Origin: Thraustochytrium aureum
Taxonomy: Eukaryota
Reading direction: 5' to 3'
Length of the DNA: 46,190 nucleotides
Assembly (NCBI GenBank): GCA_012862495.1
Contig: BLSG01000240.1
Coordinates: forward strand, 96,893-143,082
Positions 34,200-44,804 of the stretch are shown in pieces. The translations under genes and the position numbers were made by a program. The notes under the pieces were generated by a model. It searched no databases and had not been told where the DNA came from. It was given only the letters and a program-made list of their open reading frames with translations. The first letter of the stretch is position 1, and each line of letters begins with the position of its first letter.

Positions 34200-36027
34200 T
34201 CAGCCTCGTCGTCGAAGCCGACTAGTGAAACCAAATGGAGCTTGTTTCGCTTTACTGACAACTGCACCAGGCAACAAAGCCTGGACGGCCTGCCCGGCTC
34301 GCCGGAGCGAGTCGAGGTCCAGGTCGTCCAGGCCGTCCGTGACGCTCTCCTGCGTTGAAGGCGACTGGGCCTGCGAGGGGGCAGCAGCTTCGTCCTGCTT
34401 GCCAGGCGTTCGGTCTTCATCTCCAGCGGCTGGCGCCTCAGCCTCCATCGCTACAGGGACCTCGGAACGATTTTCGCTTGACGAGCCGGAGGCAGCTGCG
34501 GCCGAGACCGAGGTGCTAGCAACAGTCGCAGGAGACGCCGTCCTGGCAACAGGGGCGTCGACAGGGACTGCCTGCTGGACCTCAACGTTCGAGGCCGCCC
34601 TCGCTGCCGGGGACGCCGGAACGGCGAGGGGCTCCACAACGGCCTCTTGCATCGATGAAGTTGGCTGGATCGAGGGCTGCAGGGCCCTTGGTGCCGCAGC
34701 AACCGGGTTTCGGTCCAGAGGCTCTCGCCTTGCGAAAAGGCTGCCCTTGAGGTCCTCAGCGTTGTCGACAGGAACAGTCTTCGCATCAATGTCGTGCGGC
34801 GCCGCGACCGCTGCGTCTGGCGCCGGAGCGGGCGACGCCCCGCTGTCCACCGTGGCTCTGTCGGCTGCGTGCGGCTGCGCCTTGACCGGAGCGGGCGCNN
34901 NNNNNNNNNNNNNNNNNNNNNNNNNNNNNNNNNNNNNNNNNNNNNNNNNNNNNNNNNNNNNNNNNNNNNNNNNNNNNNNNNNNNNNNNNNNNNNNNNNNN
35001 NNNNNNNNNNNNNNNNNNNNNNNNNNNNNNNNNNNNNNNNNNNNNNNNNNNNNNNNNNNNNNNNNNNNNNNNNNNNNNNNNNNNNNNNCGGGAGCAGGCG
35101 CGGGCGAAGGCGCGGGCGCAGTCTCGGCTGAAGCCGAGTAGATGCTCAGGTTGTGCGCGACAACCGAGACTTGCCGGTCGAGAAACTGGAAAACGGTGCG
35201 CCCGATAACGATGCGAATGGCCTCCTCGTCGGCGTTCTCCCAGGCCCGCACGAGGTCCTCGGCGGCGGCGCATTCGTCCGAGCGCAAGTAGTTGTTGTCA
35301 TCGAAGCCCTCCCTGAAAGCGTTTCGCGCCGCTGTGAGGTCGTTGCGCTGAAGGTTGAGAATCACTTTGCTGAGGCGCGCCTTGTTGAGCCCGCTTGCTG
35401 TTTCAGTTGGGCCAGAACAGGCATCATGCGGTCCAGGACCTTGATCGCGTCGCTCCACCGGCGCATCTTCACAACAAAGTTGAGAGTGTGGCGGAACGTA
35501 TCCAAGCTGAACGCGACGCGGCCGCTCGACTCCAGGATTTCGCACGATTCGAGAAAGCCCTCCAGTGCAGCTTCCATCAAGGGCTCGCGCCGGGCATGGG
35601 CCTCGGGCAAGCTCTCGGCTGCCCAGGCCTTGGCACGCGCCATGCTGAGCATGCACGACGCCGCCTTGGACGCCTCTCCAGCGACCCTGTAGGTGGAGCT
35701 GCGCGCGCTGACAGGTTGGCGGCGCGTTCGGCTTGCTCGAGCGCGGCCTGGAGACCTGTCTTGTTGTCCTTGGCCGCCTCGAGCACAACTTCGCCTGCCT
35801 GCTCATAGCACTTTGCCGCGCCAATGTCTGTACCGCTTTTCTCGTGCGCCTCGGCAGCCTTGACGTACGCTGCGGCGCACTCGTCCGGGTCGCGAACGGC
35901 TTTGAAAGCCGCCGCGGACCCTTTTTCGAACGAGTAACGCCGCGCTTGTCCAGTCGGGGCTCCACTTGAACAGCGACGTCTTGAGTGCTGCCGAGGCATC
36001 CCGGAGGTGCTTTTGCGCGGCGCTCAT
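34200..36027 (-). CDS. Gamma-SNAP (NAPG-like) with long Ala/Pro-rich C-terminal extension; 3 frameshifts (~35936, ~35708, ~35395) and an N-gap
   Basis: LKTSLFKWSPDWTSAA, FEK..AAAFK, YVKAAEAHEK, AAKCYEQAG, LSKVILNLQRNDLTAA, YLRSDECAAAEDLVRAWENADEE, FQFLDRQV. Confidence 0.82.
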
Positions 36028-36931
36028 CCTCGCTCAGCTGCCGCCGCGGGGCTTGCGAGCGCGCAACGAAGGCGTCTTTGCGAGCTCGTCGAGCTCGTTG
36101 CACAGGCCGAGCCTCGCACTGCACACTCTCGGTCTCTACCGCGCTCGTTTCCTTCACGGCCAACAGCTCTCGGCGCCTGCACGCACGCTGCCGCTCTGCC
36201 TGCCGGCCTCTTCCTGCGCTGGTGCTACAACGCTGCTCGCTCGATGCTGGTCTGCCGGCCACTCGGCGCGCTCTCGCTCCTGCTGCTCCGAAAACGTTGC
36301 GTACTTGCACTCTATGCAGGTACTGTAGAGTACCTTGCACGTTCCTCACGGAACGAATTTAACCCGACGTAAGTAACGGTAAATTACAATCCACACAGTT
36401 CTTTCGACGTGTTAGCGACGTTTCAAAGGCTAAAGGTGCAGTAGCTGTGCCCCCACATCCTCGAGATCGAGTTGCACCTCTTTCAGAGATTTGCGAGTTT
36501 GCCCTTCGAGATTGAATGAGTTTCGTTGCGGGGCCGAGACCTCGAGCGCGCGAAGCCAGGACGGCCTCGGGTGAAGCGGGGTTCAACGGCTGCAACGAAT
36601 CGATGACTCGGTTGCTGCAACGACGGCGGCACCGCAGGAATCGCGGCAGACAGAGCTGCAATTGATAGGACTCGCTCGATGCGCGCGCTTCCTTGCCCTG
36701 ACCGTGCACCGTTCAAGTCTTGCTGCTCGCTCGCCCTCGGTCTGNNNNNNNNNNNNNNNNNNNNNNNNNNNNNNNNNNNNNNNNNNNNNNNNNNNNNNNN
36801 NNNNNNNNNNNNNNNNNNNNNNNNNNNNNNNNNNNNNNNNNNNNNNNNNNNNNNNNNNNNNNNNNNNNNNNNNNNNNNNNNNNNNNNNNNNNNNNNNNNN
36901 NAAAGCGGCGTGCCCGGCTCGGCGCGAGCAG

Positions 36932-38254
36932 CTAAGTGCTGCGAGCGGGCAGGCCGTGGCTCTCGAGCTGGGCCTTCACCTGGGCGCGGGCTGTGCACAG
37001 CGTGTAGCGCCAGTAGCGTAGCATGCGCGCTTGCGCGGCGTCCAGCTCAGCGGGCCTGTCCAGCAGCGCTTTCGTGCTCGCAAGGGCCTCCGACCAAGTG
37101 GTCGAGACTACGTAGGGCAGCGAGTCGAGGTTGACCATGCGGCCGCCGCCGGAAAGCGCCTGCGGCCCCAGGTAATAGTCGTGCGCGCCCTCCCAGTTGC
37201 GGCCGAGCACGACCGGGAGCGCGCCCAGCGACATGGTCTCGTAAATGCGAAAGCAGTTGAGGTTGGAGTTACCGCGGCCGTTGAGCACCACCTTTGACTT
37301 GGGGTATTCGGAGAGCATGAGGTGCTTCTCGCCGACGCCGAGGTGGCCATGGCGCGCGCCAGGTAACCCCTCCTTGAACGTGCGGACCATCTCCTGGCGG
37401 TCGCGCTTCATCTCGCCAATAAAAGCAAAGGCGTTAGGGCGCTCCGAGGAAAGCGTCGCGGCGGCCTCGGCAAGCAAAAGCGACTCGAACGGCAGGTCGC
37501 CCAGGGACTGGAGGAGACCGGACATGAAGCCGAGCGGGCCGATCCAGACTGGTGGCACCTGCTCCGAGACAGACTCGTAGGCGTGTGTGGCGTCGTTGTA
37601 CTGGCGCACGAACTGCACGCCGCTCTTTTGCAGCGCGTTGAGCTGCTTGCCCCACCGCGGGTTGACCTGAAGCCACTCGTCGCCCGTCGCGAAGAGCACG
37701 ATCGGCGGGTTGAGAAGCATCTGGTCAATGAGCTCCTCCGACCAGGACCTGTGGCCCACCACCGCCACGTAGGTGAACGCGCGGGGCCACGGGTCGGGCG
37801 GAGCTTCCGCCCAGTTGACGTTCCGAACCTCGAGCGCGGCGCGGCCAAAGTACATGTGCACAAAGTCGGCTTCCCACCACGACCCGCGGTCGTGGTACAG
37901 CGCGAGCGGCGCCTCGCCGACCCAGCCGTCACCGGAGGTGTTGCCGGCCTCGCAATGGTCAAATCTGCCCGGGAACAGGGTGGCGAGCTCGTCGTGCGCA
38001 TTGAAGGCGGGCACCACTTCGGCCGGCGTGACCGAGTAGCGCGCCGACGAGACGTAGCTGACCAAGCGCTCATAGTACTCGGGCGACCTGAAGACCACGC
38101 TCAGGGTGGTGCCGAGCAGCAGCAGCACTGTGGCGGTGGCGACAGCGACGCAGCGGTGCCTCCGAAGCGCGCCGCGCGCGCGCTCTGCCCAGCTCCCACG
38201 GCCTGCCCGCTCGGCGCTGCTGCTGATCGGCATCGACCGCATTCCGTCAGCCAT
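36932..38254 (-). CDS. Type II membrane exostosin/GT47-like glycosyltransferase (RXYLT1/TMEM5-like)
   Basis: TM VAVATATVLLLLGTTLSVVF; TGDEW, FVRQY, PLGF, FAFIG...DRQEM, SKVVLNGRGNSNLNCFRIYETMSLGALPVV, LRYW. Confidence 0.75.
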   Translation of the reverse strand: MADGMRSMPISSSAERAGRGSWAERARGALRRHRCVAVATATVLLLLGTTLSVVFRSPEYYERLVSYVSSARYSVTPAEVVPAFNAHDELATLFPGRFDHCEAGNTSGDGWVGEAPLALYHDRGSWWEADFVHMYFGRAALEVRNVNWAEAPPDPWPRAFTYVAVVGHRSWSEELIDQMLLNPPIVLFATGDEWLQVNPRWGKQLNALQKSGVQFVRQYNDATHAYESVSEQVPPVWIGPLGFMSGLLQSLGDLPFESLLLAEAAATLSSERPNAFAFIGEMKRDRQEMVRTFKEGLPGARHGHLGVGEKHLMLSEYPKSKVVLNGRGNSNLNCFRIYETMSLGALPVVLGRNWEGAHDYYLGPQALSGGGRMVNLDSLPYVVSTTWSEALASTKALLDRPAELDAAQARMLRYWRYTLCTARAQVKAQLESHGLPARST

Positions 38255-38310
38255 CGCTCCGCCCGCCGCGCACCCTCCCCCTCGCAACCAGTAAGGAAGG
38301 CGACGCGCGA

Positions 38311-38356
38311 GCGCGAGCCGTGCGGGGCGCGAGCCGTGCGGGGCGCGAGCCGTGCA
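38311..38356. repeat. 16-bp tandem repeat (GCGCGAGCCGTGCGGG) x~3
   Basis: Directly visible in the divergent spacer. Confidence 0.9.
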
Positions 38357-38613
38357 GGGTGCGGGGCCAGTCTGGTGCGAGCAGAACAACGACGATTCAT
38401 CGGGGCGTCGGTCAGAGACTCGCAGCTGGACGCGAGCTGAGCAGCTCCTTGCCGGGAGGCTGCTGTCGGCGCTCCGTCGACCGATGATTCGTCGAGGTTG
38501 ATTGCCAGGAAGGACGAGTCGCGAGCGCGGGACGGCGACTGCCTGGCAGCGTGCCTGGTCGGTTGATTGGCTGCCCGGCTGCGGCACGGCGGTGGTTGCG
38601 CGGTGCGCCGGTC

Positions 38614-38637
38614 ACGTGGCTACGTGGCTACGTGGCT
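38614..38637. repeat. (ACGTGGCT)x3 starting in a CACGTG box, ~30 nt upstream of the protease ATG
   Basis: cacgtggctacgtggctacgtggct. Confidence 0.85.
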
Positions 38638-38667
38638 GGCCGTCCTGGCGGAGGGCGGCGCGCGAAG

Positions 38668-40584
38668 ATGGGGAGGCGCGCGGTGAGAGCCGTGGCCGCT
38701 GTGGGGGCCTGGACGGCGTGGGCAGCGAACGCGGCCAGCGGCGGTGTGCTCGACCCGTTTCAAGTGACGGTGCCGTTGTACGGTGACGTGGACAAACTGG
38801 GGTACGTTTACGCCAAAGTGACGCTGGAAGAGCGCGAGGGCGCGCCCGTGGACGAGAGCGGCCAGCCGACCCACCGAGGGTCGACCTTTCGCGTGATCCT
38901 CGACACGGGGTCGAAGCTCACCTACTTGCCCTGCACGGGCTGCACGATGGACTCGTGCGGCGAGAGGCGCATGAGCCGGCTGGTGAACCGGGCCCACGAG
39001 ACCACAGAGCTTGTGTGCCGGGACACGATGTGCCCCGAGCCCGGAAAAGACTGCAGCGCGATGGATTTTGGCAAGCCAGACACGTGCTTTTTCAAGGAAA
39101 GGTTTGCTGGCGGCAGCAAGCTGAGCGGCGAGTACGTGACGGCGCGGATGAACGTCTCCACGTACCAGTCTTGGTTCGCGATAGGCTGCGCAGAGGAGGG
39201 GATGTCGCAGGTTTTTCAAGAGCAGTTTGCGGACGGCAGCCTCGGAATGGGCCCCGGCGCTGGCCTCCTCCACATTCACGCCAACGCCTGGTCAGTGTGC
39301 CTCGCCCCGGCGGGGTTCTTCGGGGGCAACATGACGATCGGCCGCGATTTGGATTTCGGCTCGGGCGGAGACTGGGTCAAGGCGCACGGGGCTCACGAGT
39401 CGGACCACGACCACGGCTCTTTTTGGGAGGGGGCCTACCGCATCGGATTTGACGAGGAGGCACCGTTGCGCTTTGGCCCGAAGCAGGCCGCCAGCGCGCA
39501 CCACATGCACGGCCGCGTGAACACTGGTTCGCCCCTCTCGTGGGTGCCGACGTCGCTGTTCACCAAGGCCCGGGCCGCGCTGTTGTCCGCCTGCGACGAC
39601 CCGAGCCAGGACGCGCCAAAGGGCTGTGCTGGGAACCGCCGCGTGACCGGCGACCCGCAGTCGGTGGGCTGCTTTAGCCTCGCGGGCACCGACCTTTTCC
39701 AGAAACGCCCAAACGTGACGTCCTCTGCCGAGGCGGTCGACATCCTGGCAGTCCAAGAGCTCCTGGACGCCGAGTTCCCGGAGCTCGTCTTTGCGCTTCC
39801 ACAGGTCGGAGCGGACGCCACGGGCAAGGCTCCTTTCCAGCTGGTGGTCAAGCCCAAAGAATACATGTTTCACATGAAAGGCAGCCCCGGCACTGTGTGT
39901 GCGGGCATCATGGAGGACGCGTCCGTGACGGCAGACGACATTGTACTGGGCGTCAACCTGCTGCGCGGGTGGAAGCTGGACTTTGCGCTTGAGAAGGGCG
40001 AGCTGCGTTTCTCGGCGTGCGACAGCGACTTTGACCTCGCAAAGCAGCGCATGGACGAGGAGGAGGCTAGTGAGGGCGCGTCGGGGCCCCGCGACGACAA
40101 GAGCTCGCAGGCGCGGGCCGCGGTGGTGTCCTTTTTGTTTGCCTTCGTCCTCAGTCTGGCCGCGTTGTGCTGCTGTCGCTGCCTCTGCACGCGGGGCTCG
40201 GTCAAGTACAGCGCGCTCGAGAACTTTGGGTCGGGAGATGGGCACGCCACCAGGGTGGAGATGTCTGGGCTCAATTCGAACGGTGCTGGCCGCAACATGT
40301 CCCAGCACTTTAGCATCGCGTCGATGACCGACGACGACGAGCTTTCGCTGCCTCCCGTGTACAACTCGGACGACGGCGACGCAGGGAGCGAGGGCTCGGT
40401 GGGATCCAGGTCTTCGGACGAGTACATTGCGGAGGCCCGCGCTGGATCGCACCTCCGCACCGACAACGGGCAGGCCAAGCGCAAGGAGGGCGGGCGCATT
40501 GGTGCGGGCGACGACGTCGACGCCGTCGTCCGCTCTGCGCAGGACCTCCTCGGCTCCTCCGACTCCGACTCTGACTCTGACTAG
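38668..40584 (+). CDS. Membrane-anchored pepsin-like (A1) aspartic protease homolog, probably catalytically impaired
   Basis: Signal-peptide-like N-terminus; LGYVYAKV, FRVILDTGSKLTYLPCTGC, IGC, ADGSLGMG, WSVCL, second motif VNTGSPLSWVP, VKPKEYM, IVLGVNLL, LRFSACD; C-terminal TM and acidic tail. Confidence 0.85.
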   Translation: MGRRAVRAVAAVGAWTAWAANAASGGVLDPFQVTVPLYGDVDKLGYVYAKVTLEEREGAPVDESGQPTHRGSTFRVILDTGSKLTYLPCTGCTMDSCGERRMSRLVNRAHETTELVCRDTMCPEPGKDCSAMDFGKPDTCFFKERFAGGSKLSGEYVTARMNVSTYQSWFAIGCAEEGMSQVFQEQFADGSLGMGPGAGLLHIHANAWSVCLAPAGFFGGNMTIGRDLDFGSGGDWVKAHGAHESDHDHGSFWEGAYRIGFDEEAPLRFGPKQAASAHHMHGRVNTGSPLSWVPTSLFTKARAALLSACDDPSQDAPKGCAGNRRVTGDPQSVGCFSLAGTDLFQKRPNVTSSAEAVDILAVQELLDAEFPELVFALPQVGADATGKAPFQLVVKPKEYMFHMKGSPGTVCAGIMEDASVTADDIVLGVNLLRGWKLDFALEKGELRFSACDSDFDLAKQRMDEEEASEGASGPRDDKSSQARAAVVSFLFAFVLSLAALCCCRCLCTRGSVKYSALENFGSGDGHATRVEMSGLNSNGAGRNMSQHFSIASMTDDDELSLPPVYNSDDGDAGSEGSVGSRSSDEYIAEARAGSHLRTDNGQAKRKEGGRIGAGDDVDAVVRSAQDLLGSSDSDSDSD

Positions 40585-41671
40585 CCGTGCTGCCGCCAGC
40601 CAGCGCCCAGATAGGCAGCCAGCAAACCAACCTCCTTNNNNNNNNNNNNNNNNNNNNNNNNNNNNNNNNNNNNNNNNNNNNNNNNNNNNNNNNNNNNNNN
40701 NNNNNNNNNNNNNNNNNNNNNNNNNNNNNNNNNNNNNNNNNNNNNNNNNNNNNNNNNNNNNNNNNNNNNNNNNNNNNNNNNNNNNNNNNNNNNNNNNNNN
40801 NNNNNNNNNNNNNNNNNNNNNNNNNNNNNNNNNNNNNNNNNNNNNNNNNNNNNNNNNNNNNNNNNNNNNNNNNNNNNNNNNNNNNNNNNNNNNNNNNNNN
40901 NNNNNNNNNNNNNNNNNNNNNNNNNNNNNNNNNNNNNNNNNNNNNNNNNNNNNNNNNNNNNNNNNNNNNNNNNNNNNNNNNNNNNNNNNNNNNNNNNNNN
41001 NNNNNNNNNNNNNNNNNNNNNNNNNNNNNNNNNNNNNNNNNNNNNNNNNNNNNNNNNNNNNNNNNNNNNNNNNNNNNNNNNNNNNNNNNNNNNNNNNNNN
41101 NNNNNNNNNNNNNNNNNNNNNNNNNNNNNNNNNNNNNNNNNNNNNNNNNNNNNNNNNNNNNNNNNNNNNNNNNNNNNNNNNNNNNNNNNNNNNNNNNNNN
41201 NNNNNNNNNNNNNNNNNNNNNNNNNNNNNNNNNNNNNNNNNNNNNNNNNNNNNNNNNNNNNNNNNNNNNNNNNNNNNNNNNNNNNNNNNNNNNNNNNNNN
41301 NNNNNNNNNNNNNNNNNNNNNNNNNNNNNNNNNNNNNNNNNNNNNNNNNNNNNNNNNNNNNNNNNNNNNNNNNNNNNNNNNNNNNNNNNNNNNNNNNNNN
41401 NNNNNNNNNNNNNNNNNNNNNNNNNNNNNNNNNNNNNNNNNNNNNNNNNNNNNNNNNNNNNNNNNNNNNNNNNNNNNNNNNNNNNNNNNNNNNNNNNNNN
41501 NNNNNNNNNNNNNNNNNNNNNNNNNNNNNNNNNNNNNNNNNNNNNNNNNNNNNNNNNNNNNNNNNNNNNNNNNNNNNNNNNNNNNNNNNNNNNNNNNNNN
41601 GCCAAATTTGTTAATTTTGTACGGACACAACTGCGCCGCCAGGCGCTCGGGACTGTTGACCAGTGCGCGAT

Positions 41672-43054
41672 CTAGTCGTAGAACGAAAAGTCCCTGCTGG
41701 TGAGAAACTTTGGCGCAACGAGCGTCCAAAAGTACAAGCCCATTGCGAGCCACTGCGAGACGATCTTGACCCACATCGACGTGAGCCCGATGGCGTCGTT
41801 CGAGTCCGAGGAGGCGACGTCCTCGACGCCCCAGTTGGTGAGAAGCATGGCAGAGTACATGGCGCCGGTGATCATGAAGACGTGGAAGAGCCACGGCTTG
41901 TCCTCCAGGGCGTCGTTCGGGTTGCTCGACTCGTCGGTCGGCTGGTACGAGGCGTCCTTGTCCCGCGCCATGATCTCGCGGCCGCTCTCGTCGACACCGA
42001 CGGCGTAGAGGCCGCCCAGGTTCTCCTTGGGCGCCTCGTTCTCGTCGGCGCCTGCAATGAGGTTGGAAAACCGCTTGGACGCGGTGTAGGAGGCCCAGAC
42101 CAGCGTCACGGTCGCGAAGGCGATGCCAGCGAAAACGACCAGCTCAGAGCCGTCGTCGAAGGGGCGGCAGCCGGTCTCGGGCACCGACTCGGTCGCGGAC
42201 CAGGCAAGGTAGACGATGTAGAGAACGACCACGGAGGTGGGGAAAACCGCGCCGGGCTCGCCGACAAGCTTGTCGCGGAAGAGCGTAATAATCGTGAGCA
42301 CGATTGAGACGATGGCCGTGATGATCGTGAACGTGCGGCCGCGCTCGCATTCGTCGTAGGCGACGAAAAGCGCCACGAGCCCGCCGATGGCCATCCCGTA
42401 AAAGAGGACCGTCAGTGTGAGCAGGCCCGCGAGCCAGCCCTTGCTGGTGGCCGTGTCACCGCCCTCGCCGTACGCGCGCGAGACCCAGTCGTCGTTGACT
42501 TGGTACCCAAAGTCGATGAGCAGGATGGTCTGCAGAATGAGGAACAGGCTGGAGGCGATGCGGCAGACCCAGGCCCACGCGTTGTCGTTCTTGTCGAAAA
42601 AGCTGCTCGGGAGCCAGAGCGTGACGACGAGGAGGCCAAAGAAGAGGATGATTTTCAGGGCCCACACCCCGTTTTGAAACCCGTTGCCCAGGAGCGGGCG
42701 CCAGCGCTGCTCGCCTTGAAGGGTCGGAAACGGAAGGTTTCCGATGAGCATGAGCGCGAAGAATATGCTCATCATGAAGCTCATGCGGTAGACGAAGCCG
42801 TCGTCGCTGCACACGTCGTTCCCGTCGCTCCCGTCACAGATAAAGTCCCACTGCGCGATCGTGAACTCTGCGTCTTCAAAGAAGCGCTGGCCGACCCAGG
42901 AGAGCAGGACGCCGGTCCCGAGCAGAAACACGTAGCTTCCCTTGGCCGCCTGGCGCCCCATCGCGCTGGCGCCGCGCCCAGTGGCGCAGCAGCACGACGC
43001 GCTCGTCAAGGCGCATGACGAGCAGCAGCAAATCGCAGAGAAGATGATGCCCAT
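41672..43054 (-). CDS. SERINC: Serine incorporator (SERINC/TMS1/TDE family) multipass membrane protein
   Basis: Cys-rich N-terminus, VYRMSF, FQNGVWALK, LFLILQTILLIDF, YLAWSA, FHVFMITGAMYSAMLLTNW, SMWVKIVSQW...LYFWTLVAP...SRDFS. Confidence 0.95.
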   Translation of the reverse strand: MGIIFSAICCCSSCALTSASCCCATGRGASAMGRQAAKGSYVFLLGTGVLLSWVGQRFFEDAEFTIAQWDFICDGSDGNDVCSDDGFVYRMSFMMSIFFALMLIGNLPFPTLQGEQRWRPLLGNGFQNGVWALKIILFFGLLVVTLWLPSSFFDKNDNAWAWVCRIASSLFLILQTILLIDFGYQVNDDWVSRAYGEGGDTATSKGWLAGLLTLTVLFYGMAIGGLVALFVAYDECERGRTFTIITAIVSIVLTIITLFRDKLVGEPGAVFPTSVVVLYIVYLAWSATESVPETGCRPFDDGSELVVFAGIAFATVTLVWASYTASKRFSNLIAGADENEAPKENLGGLYAVGVDESGREIMARDKDASYQPTDESSNPNDALEDKPWLFHVFMITGAMYSAMLLTNWGVEDVASSDSNDAIGLTSMWVKIVSQWLAMGLYFWTLVAPKFLTSRDFSFYD

Positions 43055-43399
43055 CTCGCCTGCACCACCTCGTCACGGTGCGCACCTAGCTCGTCCCGAC
43101 CCGCCCCGAGCGACCCTCGCCCACCGAGCTGCCGAGCTGCGCGATCGACCCTGCGGCCAGCCGTCAGCGCGTCTCGCGCGATCCGTCCTGTCCGCTTGGG
43201 GGTCTGTCACTCACGCTCGCGAGGCTTGCGCGCGGCGCGTCCACCGCACCCTTTCGCTGCTTGCTGCTGCTGGCTTCCAGCGCGAGTGCACCGTGAGAGG
43301 GCGCGAGGCTGGAACAAAACGAGCCAGCAAGCCAACCCAAGTCAACGCGAACGCCCAACACTCGGATGTGGCCGGGCCTGAGGAGCACTCAATGCTCCA

Positions 43400-43460
43400 C
43401 TCTGCTCTGCTCTGCTCTGCTCTGCTCTACTCTGCTCTGCTCTGCTCTGCTCTGCTCTGC
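43400..43460. repeat. (CTCTG)n pentanucleotide microsatellite, ~12 units
   Basis: Directly visible; one CTCTA variant. Confidence 0.95.
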
Positions 43461-44253
43461 CCGACTGCGCGTACTTTCAAGATCATCAGCGAGCCTGAGG
43501 GTCAGGCTGGCGAGTCCATTCAAGGCTCTCGGCTGCGCTCTCGAGGCCACTGGCAGCCGCTTGCAGCGTCAACTTGAACGTGAAGAGTGGGCTCGGTTGT
43601 TCTTCAAGTTCGGCCTTTGACGTTGATCTTGGTCAAGACGAGTTGTCGATTGGCCACTGGCAGGCGTCCTGCCGCTCTTCTGCGGCTCTGTCACACGCTC
43701 CTTCGAGCTCGCCGACACGCCACTGCGCGTCTTTGATCAAGAGTCCTCGCAGCGACGACCCCTCCTACCACGCAACGTTCAGAGAGCTCTTCGCTGAGAG
43801 AGAATGGAGAACTGATCCTCGGGGCGAGCAGCTCACGAAGCCGGCCTCGGCTCGTGCTTGCGAAGCGTCGCGCTGGCCCGCTCGCGCCGCCGCGTCGAGC
43901 GGAAAGCGCTTACCTGCCAGCGGCCCATCTCTTGGCCGCTGTTTCGCGTGCCATCTCGATCGCTCGTTCATCAGAGTTGAGTGGACGACCGCGCATGCCG
44001 CCACCGCCTGCGAGCGAGTGGGCGGACTGCGGTCACGCACGCATTCAAGGTCNNNNNNNNNNNNNNNNNNNNNNNNNNNNNNNNNNNNNNNNNNNNNNNN
44101 NNNNNNNNNNNNNNNNNNNNNNNNNNNNNNNNNNNNNNNNNNNNNNNNNNNNNNNNNNNNNNNNNNNNNNNNNNNNNNNNNNNNNNNNNNNNNNNNNNNN
44201 NNNNNNNNNNNNNNNNNNNNNNNNNNNNNNNNNNNNNNNNNNNNNNNNNCGAC

Positions 44254-44274
44254 CGATCGATCGATCGATCGATC
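44254..44274. repeat. (GATC)x5 self-complementary microsatellite at a gap edge
   Basis: cgatcgatcgatcgatcgatc. Confidence 0.9.
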
Positions 44275-44804
44275 ACGCGCAGCACCCGCTGCAGCCGTGT
44301 ACCACTTGCTAGCATGTGCATTCCCCGCCCATTTGCCACGCGAGGGAGGGGCATGCACGAGGCAGGAGGCAGGGGCGAGCATCAGCGCGCTGCGATGTGA
44401 GTTGGGTCCAGTTTCCGACGCCCATGGAAGGACTCTGAGGGCCTCGGCAGAAGGTATCGCCGGTATTCGCCCGCGAGCCAGGTACGGGCCGTCAAGGGGC
44501 CTCGGCGCCCCTTCGCAGCCAAAGAATCTCCGACTGATGGACTCGTGCAGCCATCCTGTCTCCAGAGACAAACGAAATTCGTTTCACCATACAAGGCGCC
44601 TGTGAGGGGCCCACATGGACTGCCCATTTGTGGGTTGGATGTAGCAGTCGACGCCTGGGATGGATGTGGCGACGACCGAGCAAACCCACATCGTCGACAG
44701 CTCGCCGCTTCGAACTCGAGCCAGCAGCGCAGCAGACCAGGAGATCTGCAGGACAGGCAGGCCGCAAACAGTGCACGACTCGCCGCGAAGCGGTACAAGC
44801 CACC

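Noticed and set aside
36280..36540. AT-richer intergenic stretch with an imperfect AGGTGCA/TGCACCT stem as ncRNA
   Set aside because: No recognisable tRNA, snRNA or snoRNA motifs; probably the gamma-SNAP upstream region.
40310..41894. ORFs across the 40638-41600 gap
   Set aside because: Almost entirely N; no coding evidence.
43060..44800. ORFs in the SERINC/hydrolase spacer
   Set aside because: They are Arg/Ala/Ser-rich GC-driven frames containing microsatellites, with no domain signal.
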